A stretch of DNA of 51,029 bases. Origin: Bipalium vagum (lineage: Eukaryota). Shown piece by piece: positions 24,400 to 37,247 of the stretch. Below the pieces are notes generated by a model. The model worked only from the letters and a program-made list of their open reading frames with translations. It did not search any database and had not been told where the DNA came from. Position numbers and translations under genes: made by a program. Position 1 is the stretch's first letter; each line of letters begins with the position of its first letter. The stretch covers positions 1 to 51,029 of the forward strand of contig JBBMKC010107859.1 of NCBI GenBank assembly GCA_037834085.1, written 5' to 3'.

Positions 24400-25504
24400 A
24401 GCCAAAGAAGAAGATTCTATTAACAAAGATGTTGCATGTGAATTCAAAAAAAATTTGAAGTGATAGTTTTGCCCTGGAGAATAAGCAACAGAATATATAT
24501 AAATAGAATATAGATAAATTATGTTCACTTGATTCTGAGGCATTAAGAGCAGTTGTAGAAAGTAATTTATTAAACAATATAAGAAAATTATATGCAGAAG
24601 TTGGTTCTTATAAAGAAATTGTACGGAGACATTTCCATAAATTGGGTGTGATTAATAAGAATTGCCGAAAGGTTCCTCACCAGAACATACAAATAGAATA
24701 TTGAATATTTGCAGTCAAAATTTTCAAAATCCCCACAATATGTTTAATGATTTGGGCCTGTTTCAATTTCAGTGGCAGGTTGAGTCTGGTGACTGTTTCC
24801 GGCAATCTAAATCAATCTAAATCAGAGACTCCTGAAAGACAATCTACTACCTTTTATAAAAGATTTTTGCGGATTCAGCCCTGTCTTTCAGAAAGATAAT
24901 TGCAGGTGCCATGTATACCGTTCAACTATGGAATGGCTAAAAGTCAAAAATATTGAAGTTATGGACTGGCCACACTCTCACAGGATCTAAATCCTATAGA
25001 AAACTTATGAGGAGTGTTGGTTCGGAAGGTATATGCTGGTAGAAAGCAATTCAATTCCATTGATGAACTGCGATCGGAAGTTATTGGCTGTTGGGAAGAC
25101 ATGGATCAATACATAATGGAAAATTTGGTAACTTCAATGCCAAATAGAATTTATGAGACTATTTATGCTCACGGCAGCTCAATAAATTATTAGAATCGTA
25201 TTGGTACATTTTTTGTTAATAAAAATCGATTTTTTGGAAATTGCGACAATTAATTTGTGTCGATTTTTTCTTGATATTTTTATTCTTTGCTTAATATACA
25301 TAATATATATGTAGTTGGTTATATTAAGAATTTTTCAATTATTTTTTTACATTTGCATTAAGACACTAATAACTATTGTGTAAATATAAAATACTAAAAT
25401 AAAATATTAAAAATACATTGTGTAAATATTTTGAAATTTTTGAAATCTTTGGACAAAAGATAATGTCATTTTTGTAAGTGTGGCAATTAACTTGTGGCGC
25501 ACTG
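24400..25504 (+). mobile_element. Tc1/Tc3-like transposase pseudogene with right TIR
   Basis: VFQKDNCRCH, WLKVKNIEVMDWP, QDLNPIENL*GVLVRKVY...SMPNRIYETIYAHGSSINY* (DD34E type). Right end GGCAATTAACTTGTGGCGCACTG|TA with an inner degenerate copy near 25243. Confidence 0.88.
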
Positions 25505-25506
25505 TA

Positions 25507-25737
25507 TTTCGATCATTTTCCACGTTCTTGAAAGTAAGAAAATTTCTGGACTTCAATGATATTGAAAAGCATGTCACATGTCACAAAGATACAGTCTGAT
25601 ATGAAAATGATCTATTATGGCTGAATGTAAGATGACCAAAGATTGAATTTTGATAAATAAAATTAATTCTTATAATTCTTGTTATATCTAGCAACAGTGT
25701 TATATTAAAAATTCCAGACTCATATGGACAGCCCTAT
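25507..25737 (+). mobile_element. Mariner 3' tail abutting the Tc1 element
   Basis: Decayed C-terminal sequence ending in a TIR-like CAGACTCATATGGACAGCCCTA. Confidence 0.45.
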
Positions 25738-26439
25738 TATTATTATTATCTGATAGAGGATGTTATCAAGAGTTAAAAACTGGTTAATATTTGCAACAAA
25801 ATAATATTTCTGGGTCTTTTGAGGTGCAAATCTTTATTTAGATATTAGAAAATAAAATAATTTATTTTCTAAAATATAAACAAAATATTAGTGAATTAAT
25901 TATTATCTGCTCTTTATAAATGTCTTAATGCTGAGTTCAAAGCTTTCAGTGCCTTTGTAATTTCTATTTTTTAATTTGAATTAAGTTTTGTTTTATTAAA
26001 TAAGATAAATTAATATTTGTTTGACAGAAACTTTTTATATTTAGATTAAACTAAAAAAATATTTTTCGGAAAATTTTAAATTTACCAAAAAAATAATTTG
26101 TAATTTAAATTTGATCAGGTAAAAAATTCTTGTAATTCTCTTGCCATATAAAAAATTAATTAAATTTGTTCTTGTAATTCAAATACAAATAATTTTAAAT
26201 ATATTGGATTTGATAATAATAATAATAATAAAAAAAAACAAATAATAATAAAAACCAAGTCGGTGAAAGCATGACTCAAAAATCGTAATTGGTTATATTC
26301 TTTAGGCCACCGGCCATTTAAAATAATTTTTCACATAAGTTTAAAACTAAAATCAAATCAGTGTCATAAATTCTCTAATATTTATCAATAAGCTTCACCA
26401 GACTGCGATACGACTTTAGATTAACAAAGCTGATAAATA

Positions 26440-27650
26440 TTGGATTGGCAGGAATGTATTACCAATTTTACATAAAGAAATTTAACTTCAATTTGACTGT
26501 ATTTTTAATAAAATAATCATTGTTTAAATAATATTGAAAGATAACCGATGACTTAGGAGTTAAATCAGGAAGTTAATTTTCGTTTCGTTTCGTTTTTTAT
26601 TTTTTGTGTTATGGATGATCGTAAGACAAATTTGATGCATATTTTATTTTTTATAATCGAAAGAAAATAATGCATCAAGCTTGCAAAAATGTGATGTGTA
26701 TGTCGAGGATGCATTAAAAGAACTCCAGTGTCGAAATTGATTTGAGAAATTTTGAAGGTATGATTTTCACTCAAAGATAAGCAACAATATGGTAATCCTC
26801 TAATTGTTAATGTAGATAGAAACAAAAACTTAATTAATGAGGACTGTCACAAAAGAACCCATTAAATCGCAAGAAGCTCATCGTAACACATGCAACCATC
26901 GAATGCAATATAAACATATGAGCTACGCAAAAAATTCATGGGTTCCTTACCAACTTAAGGAAAGTCAGAGCTATAAAATATATGATTTACTTATCAAATG
27001 CAACAGAATGACTCACTTTAGAAAAATTGAAAACAGGCGATGATAAATGGGTTTGCTCATCAGAAATAATCATAGTGCAAATCAGAAAAAGCAGTGCAGA
27101 CGTGGTTCAAGAATGATAATCACCAAAAGAAAATTATGATTTGGGTTTAGAGAGAATCTCAAGAAATTATTGAGTTCGAAATTTTGTCAATCACACAAAG
27201 GATTAATTTTGATATTTATATTGATCAGTTGACAAAATTGAACTTGGAAATCCAAGTAAAAAGTATTGTTTTTCAAATTGACAATGCAAAACAACGCACT
27301 TCTTTGATCACTCAGTAAAACGTATTGAACATTGATTGGAACGTATTCTTACATCTACGATATAATCAAAGATTTGTCCCTTTCAATTACCATTTGTTCT
27401 GATCTTTAATTAAGTTGTAATTTAATGTTAATAACAACTTATTTAACCTTAAGTTGTAATCCGTTAATGATGATGACGTCAAATTGCAGTTTTTTGAAGA
27501 TAATACCAAGATGTTTAATGAAAGAGAAATGTTTATCCTTCCTGGAAGATGGCAACCGGTACTTAGTTACGATATATATAGTACTTTTATTTTATATAGC
27601 TTAATGTCTTTTGTTTTATCCGAAGAGAATATAAATTAATTACTCAACAA
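26440..27650 (+). mobile_element. Near full-length decayed mariner (~1.2 kb)
   Basis: TIR-like TTGGATTGGCAGGAATGTA start, WVPYQL, TGDDKWV, FQIDNAKQ, LPGRWQ motifs. Many stops and frameshifts. Confidence 0.85.
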
Positions 27651-27840
27651 TATGAATTAATGATGGACCAAGGAATAAAGATAGTTATAATGAAACAATT
27701 AAGAAATATTAATTGAACGATTAAGAAAAACAAACAATATGAATAATTAGCAAAATCTCATCCCCACCAATGCTGGGTCTCTCTACTTTCTAATTTTTGA
27801 TAAAATATAAAAATATGGAGGTAATTGAATTTCAACTTAC

Positions 27841-28029
27841 TCATACAAGAGCCTTCATGACTCAAGGGTTTTGTCCAGTCTCTGAAATAACCATCATTAC
27901 AATAATGACATTGTCGACCGGCCGTGTTATGCATGCATCTCTGACATATACCTCCACTGGTATGGCCAGTCATCCTGAAAACATTTGGGTCAAAGTGGCA
28001 TTGATGGGAGTGAAGGTTGCAATGACATT
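27841..28029 (-). CDS. netrin: Netrin coding exon 2 (189 nt): laminin EGF domain LE2/V-2
   Basis: CHCNLHSHQCHFD...SGGICQRCMHNTAGRQCHYCNDGYFRD...HEGSC matches netrin V-2. Acceptor TTACAG ends at 28030, donor GTAAGT at 27840, phase 1-1. Confidence 0.95.
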
Positions 28030-28207
28030 CTGTAATCAAATTAATGTCATGATCAGAAAAATTATTATTTTCTTTTAATTCTTGCTATATTTTGCTCATT
28101 ATCCTTATATCTTTGCCTTTCAACAATAAAAAAGTATTTACGGATCAACCTTTGATAAAAATATATCAAACCATCAGTTTGCTTACATTCTCAATGTCAA
28201 CCGAATA

Positions 28208-28680
28208 CACGGCTTAGTGCAAACTAACGAATTTTTAGCTTAACACTATAAATAAAAATTGGGACTTTTTAAAAGATTCAATAACTTTAATATAATATAC
28301 AAATTGTTTAAATGACTTATTTTAACTTTTTAAGCAAATCAATATCTTTAAATGATATATAGAAATAAGATAAACATATCAGTATTATTAAATTATTTAC
28401 ACTTTCAGAAATGACTCTCAAGAATCGTATTGTAAACTTTTACAATAAAAACATACTTTTAAAGAAAAAATTTATTGCTAAGCATTTCAGTGATGAAGGC
28501 ATTTCAAAATCAACTGTTTATCAGCTAATATCATGAGCTGAAAACAGTGAAAGAGAAAAAGGAAATGGTCGTCAACCAAAAATTTCGACGAAATCCAATC
28601 TGAAATTCTTAGGAAAAAAAATTGAACAATACCTGTGGAATTGGTCAAAAATCGGTTGCTAATACTATAAAATGTTCTAT
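28208..28680 (+). mobile_element. 5' fragment of a Tc1/mariner-superfamily element
   Basis: TA|CACGGCTTAGTGCAAACT start. MTLKNRIVNFY...GISKSTVYQLI...KGNGRQPK is an HTH plus GRPR-like motif. Truncated. Confidence 0.65.
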
Positions 28681-29509
28681 AAAATGAGCAGTTTAATCGA
28701 TCGTTAATTTCAGTTAAACTCGTTAATTTACCATTGTAAACCCTGTATTATTAAAAGTCATTTAAACCCCAAAAGTTTCTAGAGCCAGGTATCAAATGAG
28801 ATAAGGTTAAATGTTTGACAGAGGAACATTTAATAATATTAGTAAAAAAACGATGAAAAAAATATTAAATCATTAATGAAATAAATTTAATAAAATATTG
28901 AGCTATTCCTAACTATCGTAGCATAAAATTTATTTAAATGTAACATTTTCCGGAGATCAATACAAATATCGATATTAATAAAAATAGAATATTGATCAAT
29001 CCGCACGATATTTTTGATAAGAATTGTAACGGATTTACATTGAAATTTCCACGAACTGAAGGAAATTGACAAAAATCAGGAAGATAAGTTGATTAATTGC
29101 TGATAAATCCCTCACAGAAGCCAAAAAATTAGAAAATTAAAATACAATCAGAATTAAATGCAATTAGTAAAATTGAATTATTTCTATAATATACAGTGCA
29201 ATTAACACATTTAACATGTTAACAGTTATTTACAATTATATAAATAAACAAATAAATTAGGTTCCATATGAAATATCGTTTTTGATTGTTTGTTTTTGTA
29301 AGCTAATTTTAATCGCCATGGAAGTCATTAATTTGAACATTTTATAGTTTACTTATAAGTGTAAAGGGAATGCCTCTTTTAAGATATTTTGATATTTATA
29401 ACAACTTTATAATTTTAACTTAATATATTTATAACTGTAAAATAAATAACTACGATTTTATATCTATCTTGTATAAATTTAAACTTGGTCATATGGCTAA
29501 ATAAGCGAC

Positions 29510-31500
29510 CAGGACTATCAGAGTAGCTTTTGGAAATAATGCTTGTGAAGTACTCACAGTTCAACGATAGTTTAAGTTCAAAGAGAAACATAATTCTGTG
29601 CATTGACAGTCCAATAATGTCAGTCAAAAATGAATGTTTAAAAGAATTAGTCGATCCGTGGGATATTGGGTGTACAAAAATGATGAAGCACGAGATCAAA
29701 ACTACTGGTGAACCAATTAACACGAAACCGTGGAGACATCCCATGCATCTGGAAGAGAAAATCGATGAAGCAATAAAGAATTTAGTTGAGAACGGAATAA
29801 TAAGAAGATGCAACTCGCCATGGAACACGCCACTAATCTGCGTATGGAAAAAAGAAAGAAAATATGCCAGATTATGTTTAGACTTTAGAAAGCTGAACCG
29901 GGTAACTGGACGCCAGGCATTTCCGAGGCCAAATATAGAGAATCTACTGGATAGATTAGAAGGAGCGAAATATTTTAGCACGATTGACTTAGGTAATGCA
30001 TATTATCAGGTGAATTGACGACGGATTCACAAGAAAAAACAGCTTTTTCCACAAAAGAAGAAAAACTTTGCTTCACAAGAATATCTTTTGGTATAGCCGC
30101 TGCTTCGGGAACTTTTCAAGAGTTAATGACAAAGGTTTTAGGAAATTTGAAAAATACGATGGTTTATTTAGATGATATTATGATTCACACAAAGGATATA
30201 GAACATCATTACGCCGTATTAAATGAAGTGATAAAGAGGATAAAAGAAGCAGGACTTAGAGGAAATCCAGAGAAATGCCATCTACTAAGAACAGAAGTCA
30301 AATTTCTAGGAAACATAATTGAAAAACAAGGAATCAAGACCGACCCTTTGAAAACTGAGGCAATCAAACTCTTCGAGAGGCCAAAATGTGTAAAAAATTT
30401 AAGAAGCCTTCTGGGCATTTGTAATTATTATCGGAAATTTATTAATGAATATGCAAAAAATGAATAGCGTTAGAAAAATTGTATGGGAAGAACAATGAGA
30501 AATTTATATGGATGGAATGTAGCCTTCCAAGAATTGAAAGAGTCACTAATAAAAACGCCAATGCTAGCTTTTCCAGACATTAAAAGAACGTTTATATTAG
30601 ACACTGACGCCAGTTTTGAAGCAATTGTAGCAGTGTTGTCACAGACAGACGACAATGGAAAAGAGAGAGTGAACGCGTACGGATCACATGAAATGAACAG
30701 TCATGAAAAAGGATACTGCATCACAAGAAAGAAACTACTATCTGTAACCCCTTTAAGCATTACTTCTATGGGAAAAAATTTCTGATGAGACAGATCACAA
30801 AGCAATAGAATTCATGTTCAAGACGACAAAGCCAATAACACCACAATTTCAGACGTGGATGAATTATCTCAACAGTATAGATATAGAGCTTAAATACAGA
30901 AAATGAATTGAGCAAACGAATGCAGACATATTATCGAGAAAAACTTGCGGTACATGTTCTCAGTGTATAATGATTCATGAACAGCCAAAGACAGAAAAAA
31001 GAAAGACCAGAACAAGAAATACAGTAAATGAAGAGGCAGTATATAAATGGCAGAATAATGAAAATGAAATCGAAAAGAGAATTACATCTTATTTCCGCTT
31101 GGAAGATGGTCTGGTCAAAACGTTCGACGGAAAGATAAAACTAATAGCCGAATGTTAGTGGAAGAGATTCACAGGTACCTAACACATGCTGGGACCGAAA
31201 AAGTTATTAAATATACAGCTGATTTGTACGATATGAAAAACCTGAGAGAGACAGCAACCGAAGTTATAAAAATGCGAAATCTGTCAGAGACATATAGTAG
31301 TTACAACAAAAACGAAAGAAGATGCAACGAAATTATCAGCAGATGAGCCATTTAAAAAGATATATATAGACATTTGCGGTCCGTTAAAAGAAACTTTTCG
31401 AAGTAAACGATACATTCTAGCTATTATAGATCAATATAGCAGGTACATTTCATTAACGCCGATAATAAAACAAGATGAGGTAAGAATCAGAAAAGTAATA
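29510..31500 (+). pseudogene. Ty3/Gypsy LTR-retrotransposon pol remnant (RT, RNase H, partial integrase)
   Basis: SPWNTP..V.KK, RLCLDFRKLN, FSTIDL.NAYYQV, KTAF, YLDD (RT); LDTDAS..AI.AVLSQ (RNase H); H...HAG zinc-finger start and IDICGP (integrase), in RT-RH-IN order. Frameshifts/stops near 30015, 30465, 30760, 30905, 31150. Confidence 0.93.
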
Positions 31501-31509
31501 ATAAAGATC

Positions 31510-31630
31510 TATCAGATGTGAAAATTCATCGATGACTTTATTTCCTCCAAGCCAACAGACTGCTTTCATAAGGGAAAATCCTGAAGTTTGAGTTTTGAAA
31601 AAAAACTTAAATTTTTGCATAGACCTAATA
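31510..31630 (+). mobile_element. Mariner 3' tail fragment
   Basis: DVKIH/FIDDFISSKP.DCFHKG-like C-terminus and TIR-like TTTTTGCATAGACCTAATA. Confidence 0.6.
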
Positions 31631-31654
31631 TAAAAGTATTTTCTTTATTTTTAA

Positions 31655-31687
<33 letters not shown>

Positions 31688-32249
31688 TTATTTAATTAGA
31701 TAATTATATTATTAGATAATTATAATTATTAATATGTTAAAATATTTTATATTTGTGAAAATATGATAAAAATTTGATTTAAACGGAAATATAAATAATT
31801 ATTTTCATTTTAAGTCAAATATATCAGGTATGTTATGAAGATTTCGGCTAATGGTTTGGGGTTAAAATGAATGTTATTTTATACTCATAAATGTTTTTGT
31901 TTTAAATTAATTAAAAAATCTTTCATCAATAATAATTAACTTAAGAAACGTACTGTTAATTAAATTCTAGATGAAAAATCTTATATGATATTGTGATATC
32001 TTAATTGAATTTTGAAATATGGTCTGTCTTTTGACATTAATGCCGTGTTAATAACTCTCATCAATGTTTCGTTAATTAATCTCAATTATTTTTTAAAATA
32101 TGAAATAATTGAAATAAGTAAAATAATTAACCTAAAATAATTAAAGTTTTATAATTATATATAAAATTTATTTGAATTATACTTATTATTGCAAATAATT
32201 ATTTTATATAATTAATAATAATTTTATATAATTGATTAAAATAACAACC

Positions 32250-33400
32250 ATTAGGGTTTACACTTTTTGGCTAAAGAATTGGTACATTTTCCATAGAATT
32301 TGATAGGTCTGGCAATGAACTGTTCAAATTTCCTTTTTACCACTTTTTAGTTTTGAAATCTTTCTCCATTTAAATAATTTTGTAAATGTTTGAATAAGTG
32401 AAAATCAGTTGGCGAGAGATCGGGCGAGTACGATGGATGTGACAGAATTTCATAATTTAGGCTTTTTAACTTATTCATGGTTTGATTTGCTATTTGCGGA
32501 CGGACATTGTTATACAATAAATCTGGGCCTCTCTATTGATCAATGCTGGATATATTCTTCTCAACTTTTCTTGGATAATATCAATTTGCTGTTATCATTT
32601 CTTCCTTTTCCAGGTAATCGTAATGAATCACTCCTTTTGAACACCACCATACCGTAACCATTATCTTTTTTGGGAAGGACTTGGGACATTCACGGATGTA
32701 TAAGCACTGTGCTGAACGTCCAATATTGTTATATATTTATCGTTTTTCATCACAAATAATCAGACGATTAAGAAATTGTTTTTTTCGTTTTTCCTCCTCA
32801 AAATGAGTTTTAAGCCTTTTTCAAAGCTCTTTATTTTGTTTTTTTAATGAATAGTTCATGTGGCACCCACGTATCCAGCTTCTTTGTCTTACCTATATAT
32901 TTGATATGACTGGAAACCGTTCCAATACTAACATCTAGACTTTTGACAAGTTTTTTTATTGTTGTTTGGGTATCTTCCACTATAGTCCTTAAATCCTTGT
33001 CATCAGGTTTAAAGGACGGCCAACTCATTCCACATCTTTAAGAGATAAATCTCAATTATGGAACCTCTGATACCAATGTCGTACTGTTGACTGATTTATG
33101 GCCCCAAACCTCATTAACATTTCGAGCACTTTCAGCTGTTTTCAGTCGAAACTCATAATAAATTTGGTGAAAATCGCGACACTACAGCCTACATTAAAAT
33201 GGAATAAAGATAGTCAAATTTTAATTTAAAAGCAAGACAGATTAATACCTTATCGAGAGCAATATATAGGCTTAATGAGGTCTTCTATCTTTCCTACTCT
33301 TTCCAATTTTTCTGAATTCTATCTATTTTTCAAACTGAGCTTATTTAGAACAGTTATTTTCTTGTCATTTCATCCATCATGTAAACGTTTTCAAAAAATT
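32250..33400 (-). mobile_element. Decayed mariner (DD34D) element
   Basis: WVPHEL in ORF 32831-33028, YNNVRP (HDNARP-like) near 32500, YSPDLSPTDFH at about 32400-32432. Boundaries approximate. Confidence 0.88.
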
Positions 33401-33841
33401 ATCAAAACTATCCGAATCATTAGCAATTTCCTAAATCATTTATCATATCCTCTGACTTAGGGAAAGTCAAGTGTATTTGTAACCTTTTGAAACTGACTTT
33501 TCTCACAGTTTGTTCATACTTATCAGTTAGACCTATTTATATCAGAACGGTAAATTAGTGTCCGTTTTACGATGAAATATCTTACGCATTAGGACAAAGT
33601 TTTTAAACAACCTTACAAAATGTCTTTAGCATATGACGTTTTACACCCTCCATTCCAAAAATAACCGAACTTTTAAAAAAAAGTACTACAAGCGCCATTT
33701 ATTTTAACATTTATTTTAGTGTAGATGATTAAAAACAATATTTTATACCAATAATATTTATTAAATAGCCTAATATATCACATTGAATATATTATAAATT
33801 TATAGTTTATTGTTAATATTAATATCTTATATTTAATATTA

Positions 33842-35055
33842 TTAGGTCTATTATTATGATTGAGGTTTTCACAAATATAAATGAGTTAAAATTTGTGGTT
33901 AAATGAATAAATTAAATTGGTACCATATATTATTATAAGATCATATATTAATAACTCAATAAAAACATTCAATAACTTTATTTAAATATATATTTTTTAA
34001 ATAATACAGAAATTTGAAATGGCCAATTTCGCTCAAAATAAACGTAATTTGCAGGTAGTAATGCTGCATTAATTTTTTTGCAAAGAAAACCTGTGCAAAA
34101 ACACATCGCTTGTTTGTAGAATTTAACGAAAATTATGTTCCTTCTGCTCCGACACGCAAGAATGGTTTTCCGATTCAGGAATGAAGATAACCTCATCATG
34201 GACAAAAAGCATGGTAGACCACAAGATTGTTTGAAGATGAAGAATTGGAAAAATTACTACACGAGGACTCATGTCAAACACAACTCGAGCTATCTGAAAA
34301 TTATTGGAATGATTAGATAATTATGGAACTGGATCCACATAGATTGACGGAAAGAAATATTGAAAGGCGACTTACAATTTGTGATATCTATCTTCAGAGG
34401 CAACAAAGAAAAATTATCGTGACAGGAGACGAGACAAGGATTCCATATGACAACTAAAAACGCAAAGCATTTTGAGTGAAGTCTGTGAACCGAGTACATC
34501 AACACCCCAACAGAATATACATAGGTCTAAAGTGATACTGAGTATCTGGTTGGATTATAAAGATTTGATTTATTATGAATTGTTAAAATCATCAGAAATA
34601 ATGGCTGGTGAACGTTATCGATCACAATTAATTCGTGAAAGAGAACAGGTAGGAATTGGTGGATTGACATGATAAGATAATTTTACCACATAATAACGCC
34701 AGACGGCGTTCATTCTATTGTAAATAATTACTTAGAAGATGTAAGCTGGAAAGTCTTACATAACCCACCATATTCCTTCAGATATTGCTTCTTCGGATTT
34801 CTATTTGTTCCGCTTGATACAATCCGCGCTTTCTGGGAAGCGCTTTAGTTCCGATGAAGATCTTCAAAAATGAACTGATAGATGGATTTCTTCGAAAAAA
34901 TAGAATTTTTTTCGTGGAATCCATTTGCTGTCTAAAAGATGATCCAATGTCATATCTGTAAATGGAAAATATTTCGATTAAATGTTATTAAATAAAACTT
35001 TTACAAAACATCTTTTTTGATTAAAAAATATTTGGAATCATACTAATACACCTAA
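33842..35055 (+). mobile_element. Full-span decayed mariner with both TIRs
   Basis: TIRs TTAGGT(C/G)TATTA(T/G)TATGATT. IVTGDE, KVILSIWLDYKDLIYYELL, HNNARR, HPPYS.DIA.SDF motifs. Confidence 0.9.
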
Positions 35056-36205
35056 TATTAAAGATAATTATTAATTATTATTAAAAATATAAAATAAATA
35101 AAATTTTAAAAAGCACAAAAAAACTATTGTATAAAAATAAATATATAAATATAAAAAAAACTAAAAAAAAAACCAAGTCATTTTGCATGCATAAATAAAC
35201 AGGATATTATATATTTTTGCAAAATAGGTTCAATTATATTTTAATGTATTACATTTCAATAAATGTCTATTATTTTTGCAAAATATTTGCAAATTGATCA
35301 GTCTGAAGCGTGTTAGGTTCATTTACGAGATACGATCAGACATGGAATCCATATCGCTGGATTAGAGATCTCGATTCAAAATTCCAACCGTGAAAGAGGT
35401 TTCTAATTACTAAAGATTACCTTTTACAAATTAATTTCAATATTATATCATTTATTATTTACCTTATATAAATAATGTACATCCCAATTTTGAGGGAGCT
35501 GAAGTAAAAGTAAAATATATACAGTTGAGGTATACTCGAAAAGGGGAAATTCAATTTTTAAAAGTAAAATTACATGAAAAATGATATACATTGTTGATGA
35601 TACATTGGGTCCTTTTTATAATTGATGTTTAATAGAAAACAAAGTTCTGAATTTTGTTAAACAAAACACAGTTTTCTTATTTAATTTATTTTTTAGAATA
35701 TTCATACATAATTTAGAATATTTGAAAAAAAATTTATAATTTTCAAAAAGTTCTTCATTTAATTGACACATTTTTACCAATGGTCTTTAAAAGGTGTTTA
35801 ATTGTCATATTTCCTTTTATTTGTTTTACAAGTTACCATTTTATTACTTCTTTGTGTGCATCTTTTGAATTTCAAATTTTTTATTAACTTCATTAAAACA
35901 AATAATTGGATTTTCTCTTTCAAATAGAAAAATAACATACTGATCATTAACAGTGTTACAAATGGGTAAGCTATTTATAAAAAAACTTTTCATCTTTCAT
36001 ATTTTGAAAGGGTTAAAAAATGTTATAGTTAAGAGAGTTAAACATCTGAATTCAACTATTATAAAACAAATATATAATAGATTTAATTATATATTTAATT
36101 ATATATCAATAGAAACTTAAAATTTTTTCCTGGTTGTTAACTTAGCCTATCGATTTATATTTATAATTATTAAAAATGTCGCCCATTTAAACAAAACTAA
36201 CTTAC

Positions 36206-37247
36206 TCTTACAACTGTTAGCGTTAGATCTAGAGGCTCTGGACCATGGTAAATCAAAATGACCTTCTTTACAGGTCTCACAATCTGCCCCTTCAGTATTA
36301 TGTTTACAATCACAAAATATTTGTTTTTCTTCATTCAAAAGACATTTATTAGAATGACCATGACATTGACATCGTCCGCCAACGGAAAGATCTGAAATTC
36401 CATAGTACATTTTTGACATGGACTTCTCATCTACAGAAAAAGTGTTGTGATATTTCTGGTTTTCAAAATGATATTTATTATAATTATTATCTTCAAATCT
36501 TCCCAGAACGATCTTTATGTCTGTTATTGAGATCCATTTTACTAGGGAGTCGTCGAATTTTTTGCCCAGCGTTGTACTGAATGGCAGAACGGACTCAGCC
36601 GGTCCAAAACTGTTATCCTTGTTTATGTTGTTTAAATCGATACAAACAGGCAAAAAGGAATGTTCAACATTTTCCGAATGAAGAAACTGCTGTATCGGTT
36701 GCAAATTGAATGATTTCAAACAATCCTTGGAATAAAACTGCCAAGGAGACCAATTGATACCGTAATCGGAACTTTTATAAATGGCCACGGAGTCTGGTAA
36801 TTCGGTACAGAATTGCAGAGCAATATAATAAACCTCAAAAGTTTTGTTAAATGCAATTGTCAAATTCACACTATTCAAATTAGGACGACTGTACAAAGGT
36901 CCTGAAAACCAGCACGTATGATTGAATTCGACGAAAGGATCAGTCAAGGAATTAATTGAATATAACGAAGATTTTGTTTTACTATCACAAACGAAACAGT
37001 CTTTCAGAAAGGGTGTTGAATAATATTTCCAATGCGGACAAATATTATCTGACATAATCTGTCCGCACGTTGAGGAAGCAGCTATTGTGCTGCGTTGTAT
37101 AATATTTGTAAAGGGTGTCGTACAAGGATAATCTTTTCCATTGTGTTCACAAAAGGAATCTTTCGATTCATATAACACAAATACTGCGCACGATAGACAG
37201 ATGAACTGAAAAATCACAAAGATATTCGACAATAAAATCTCGTTCAT
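36206..37247 (-). CDS. netrin: Netrin coding exon 1 (1042 nt): signal peptide, laminin N-terminal (VI) domain and LE1
   Basis: Hydrophobic N-terminus, SSTCG, LTD...TCW.S, PDSVAIYKSSDYGINWSPWQFYS..C, YYGISDLSVGGRCQCHGHS..C...CDCKHNTEGADCETC. Donor A|GTAAGT at 36205, phase 1. The ORF-track tail SKLVLF... is intronic. Confidence 0.96.

Noticed and set aside
29530-30467. Reverse transcriptase as a retron, DGR or other novel RT system
   Set aside because: The motifs and RT-RNaseH-integrase order are plain Ty3/Gypsy, and the frame is broken
29415-30655. Minus-strand ORFs overlapping the Gypsy pol (and similar antisense ORFs over the channel and netrin exons)
   Set aside because: Shadow frames of real coding sequence
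36147-37247. Stand-alone 366-aa laminin or LN-only protein
   Set aside because: A canonical GTAAGT donor at 36205 and downstream LE2, LE3 and NTR exons in matching phase give a netrin
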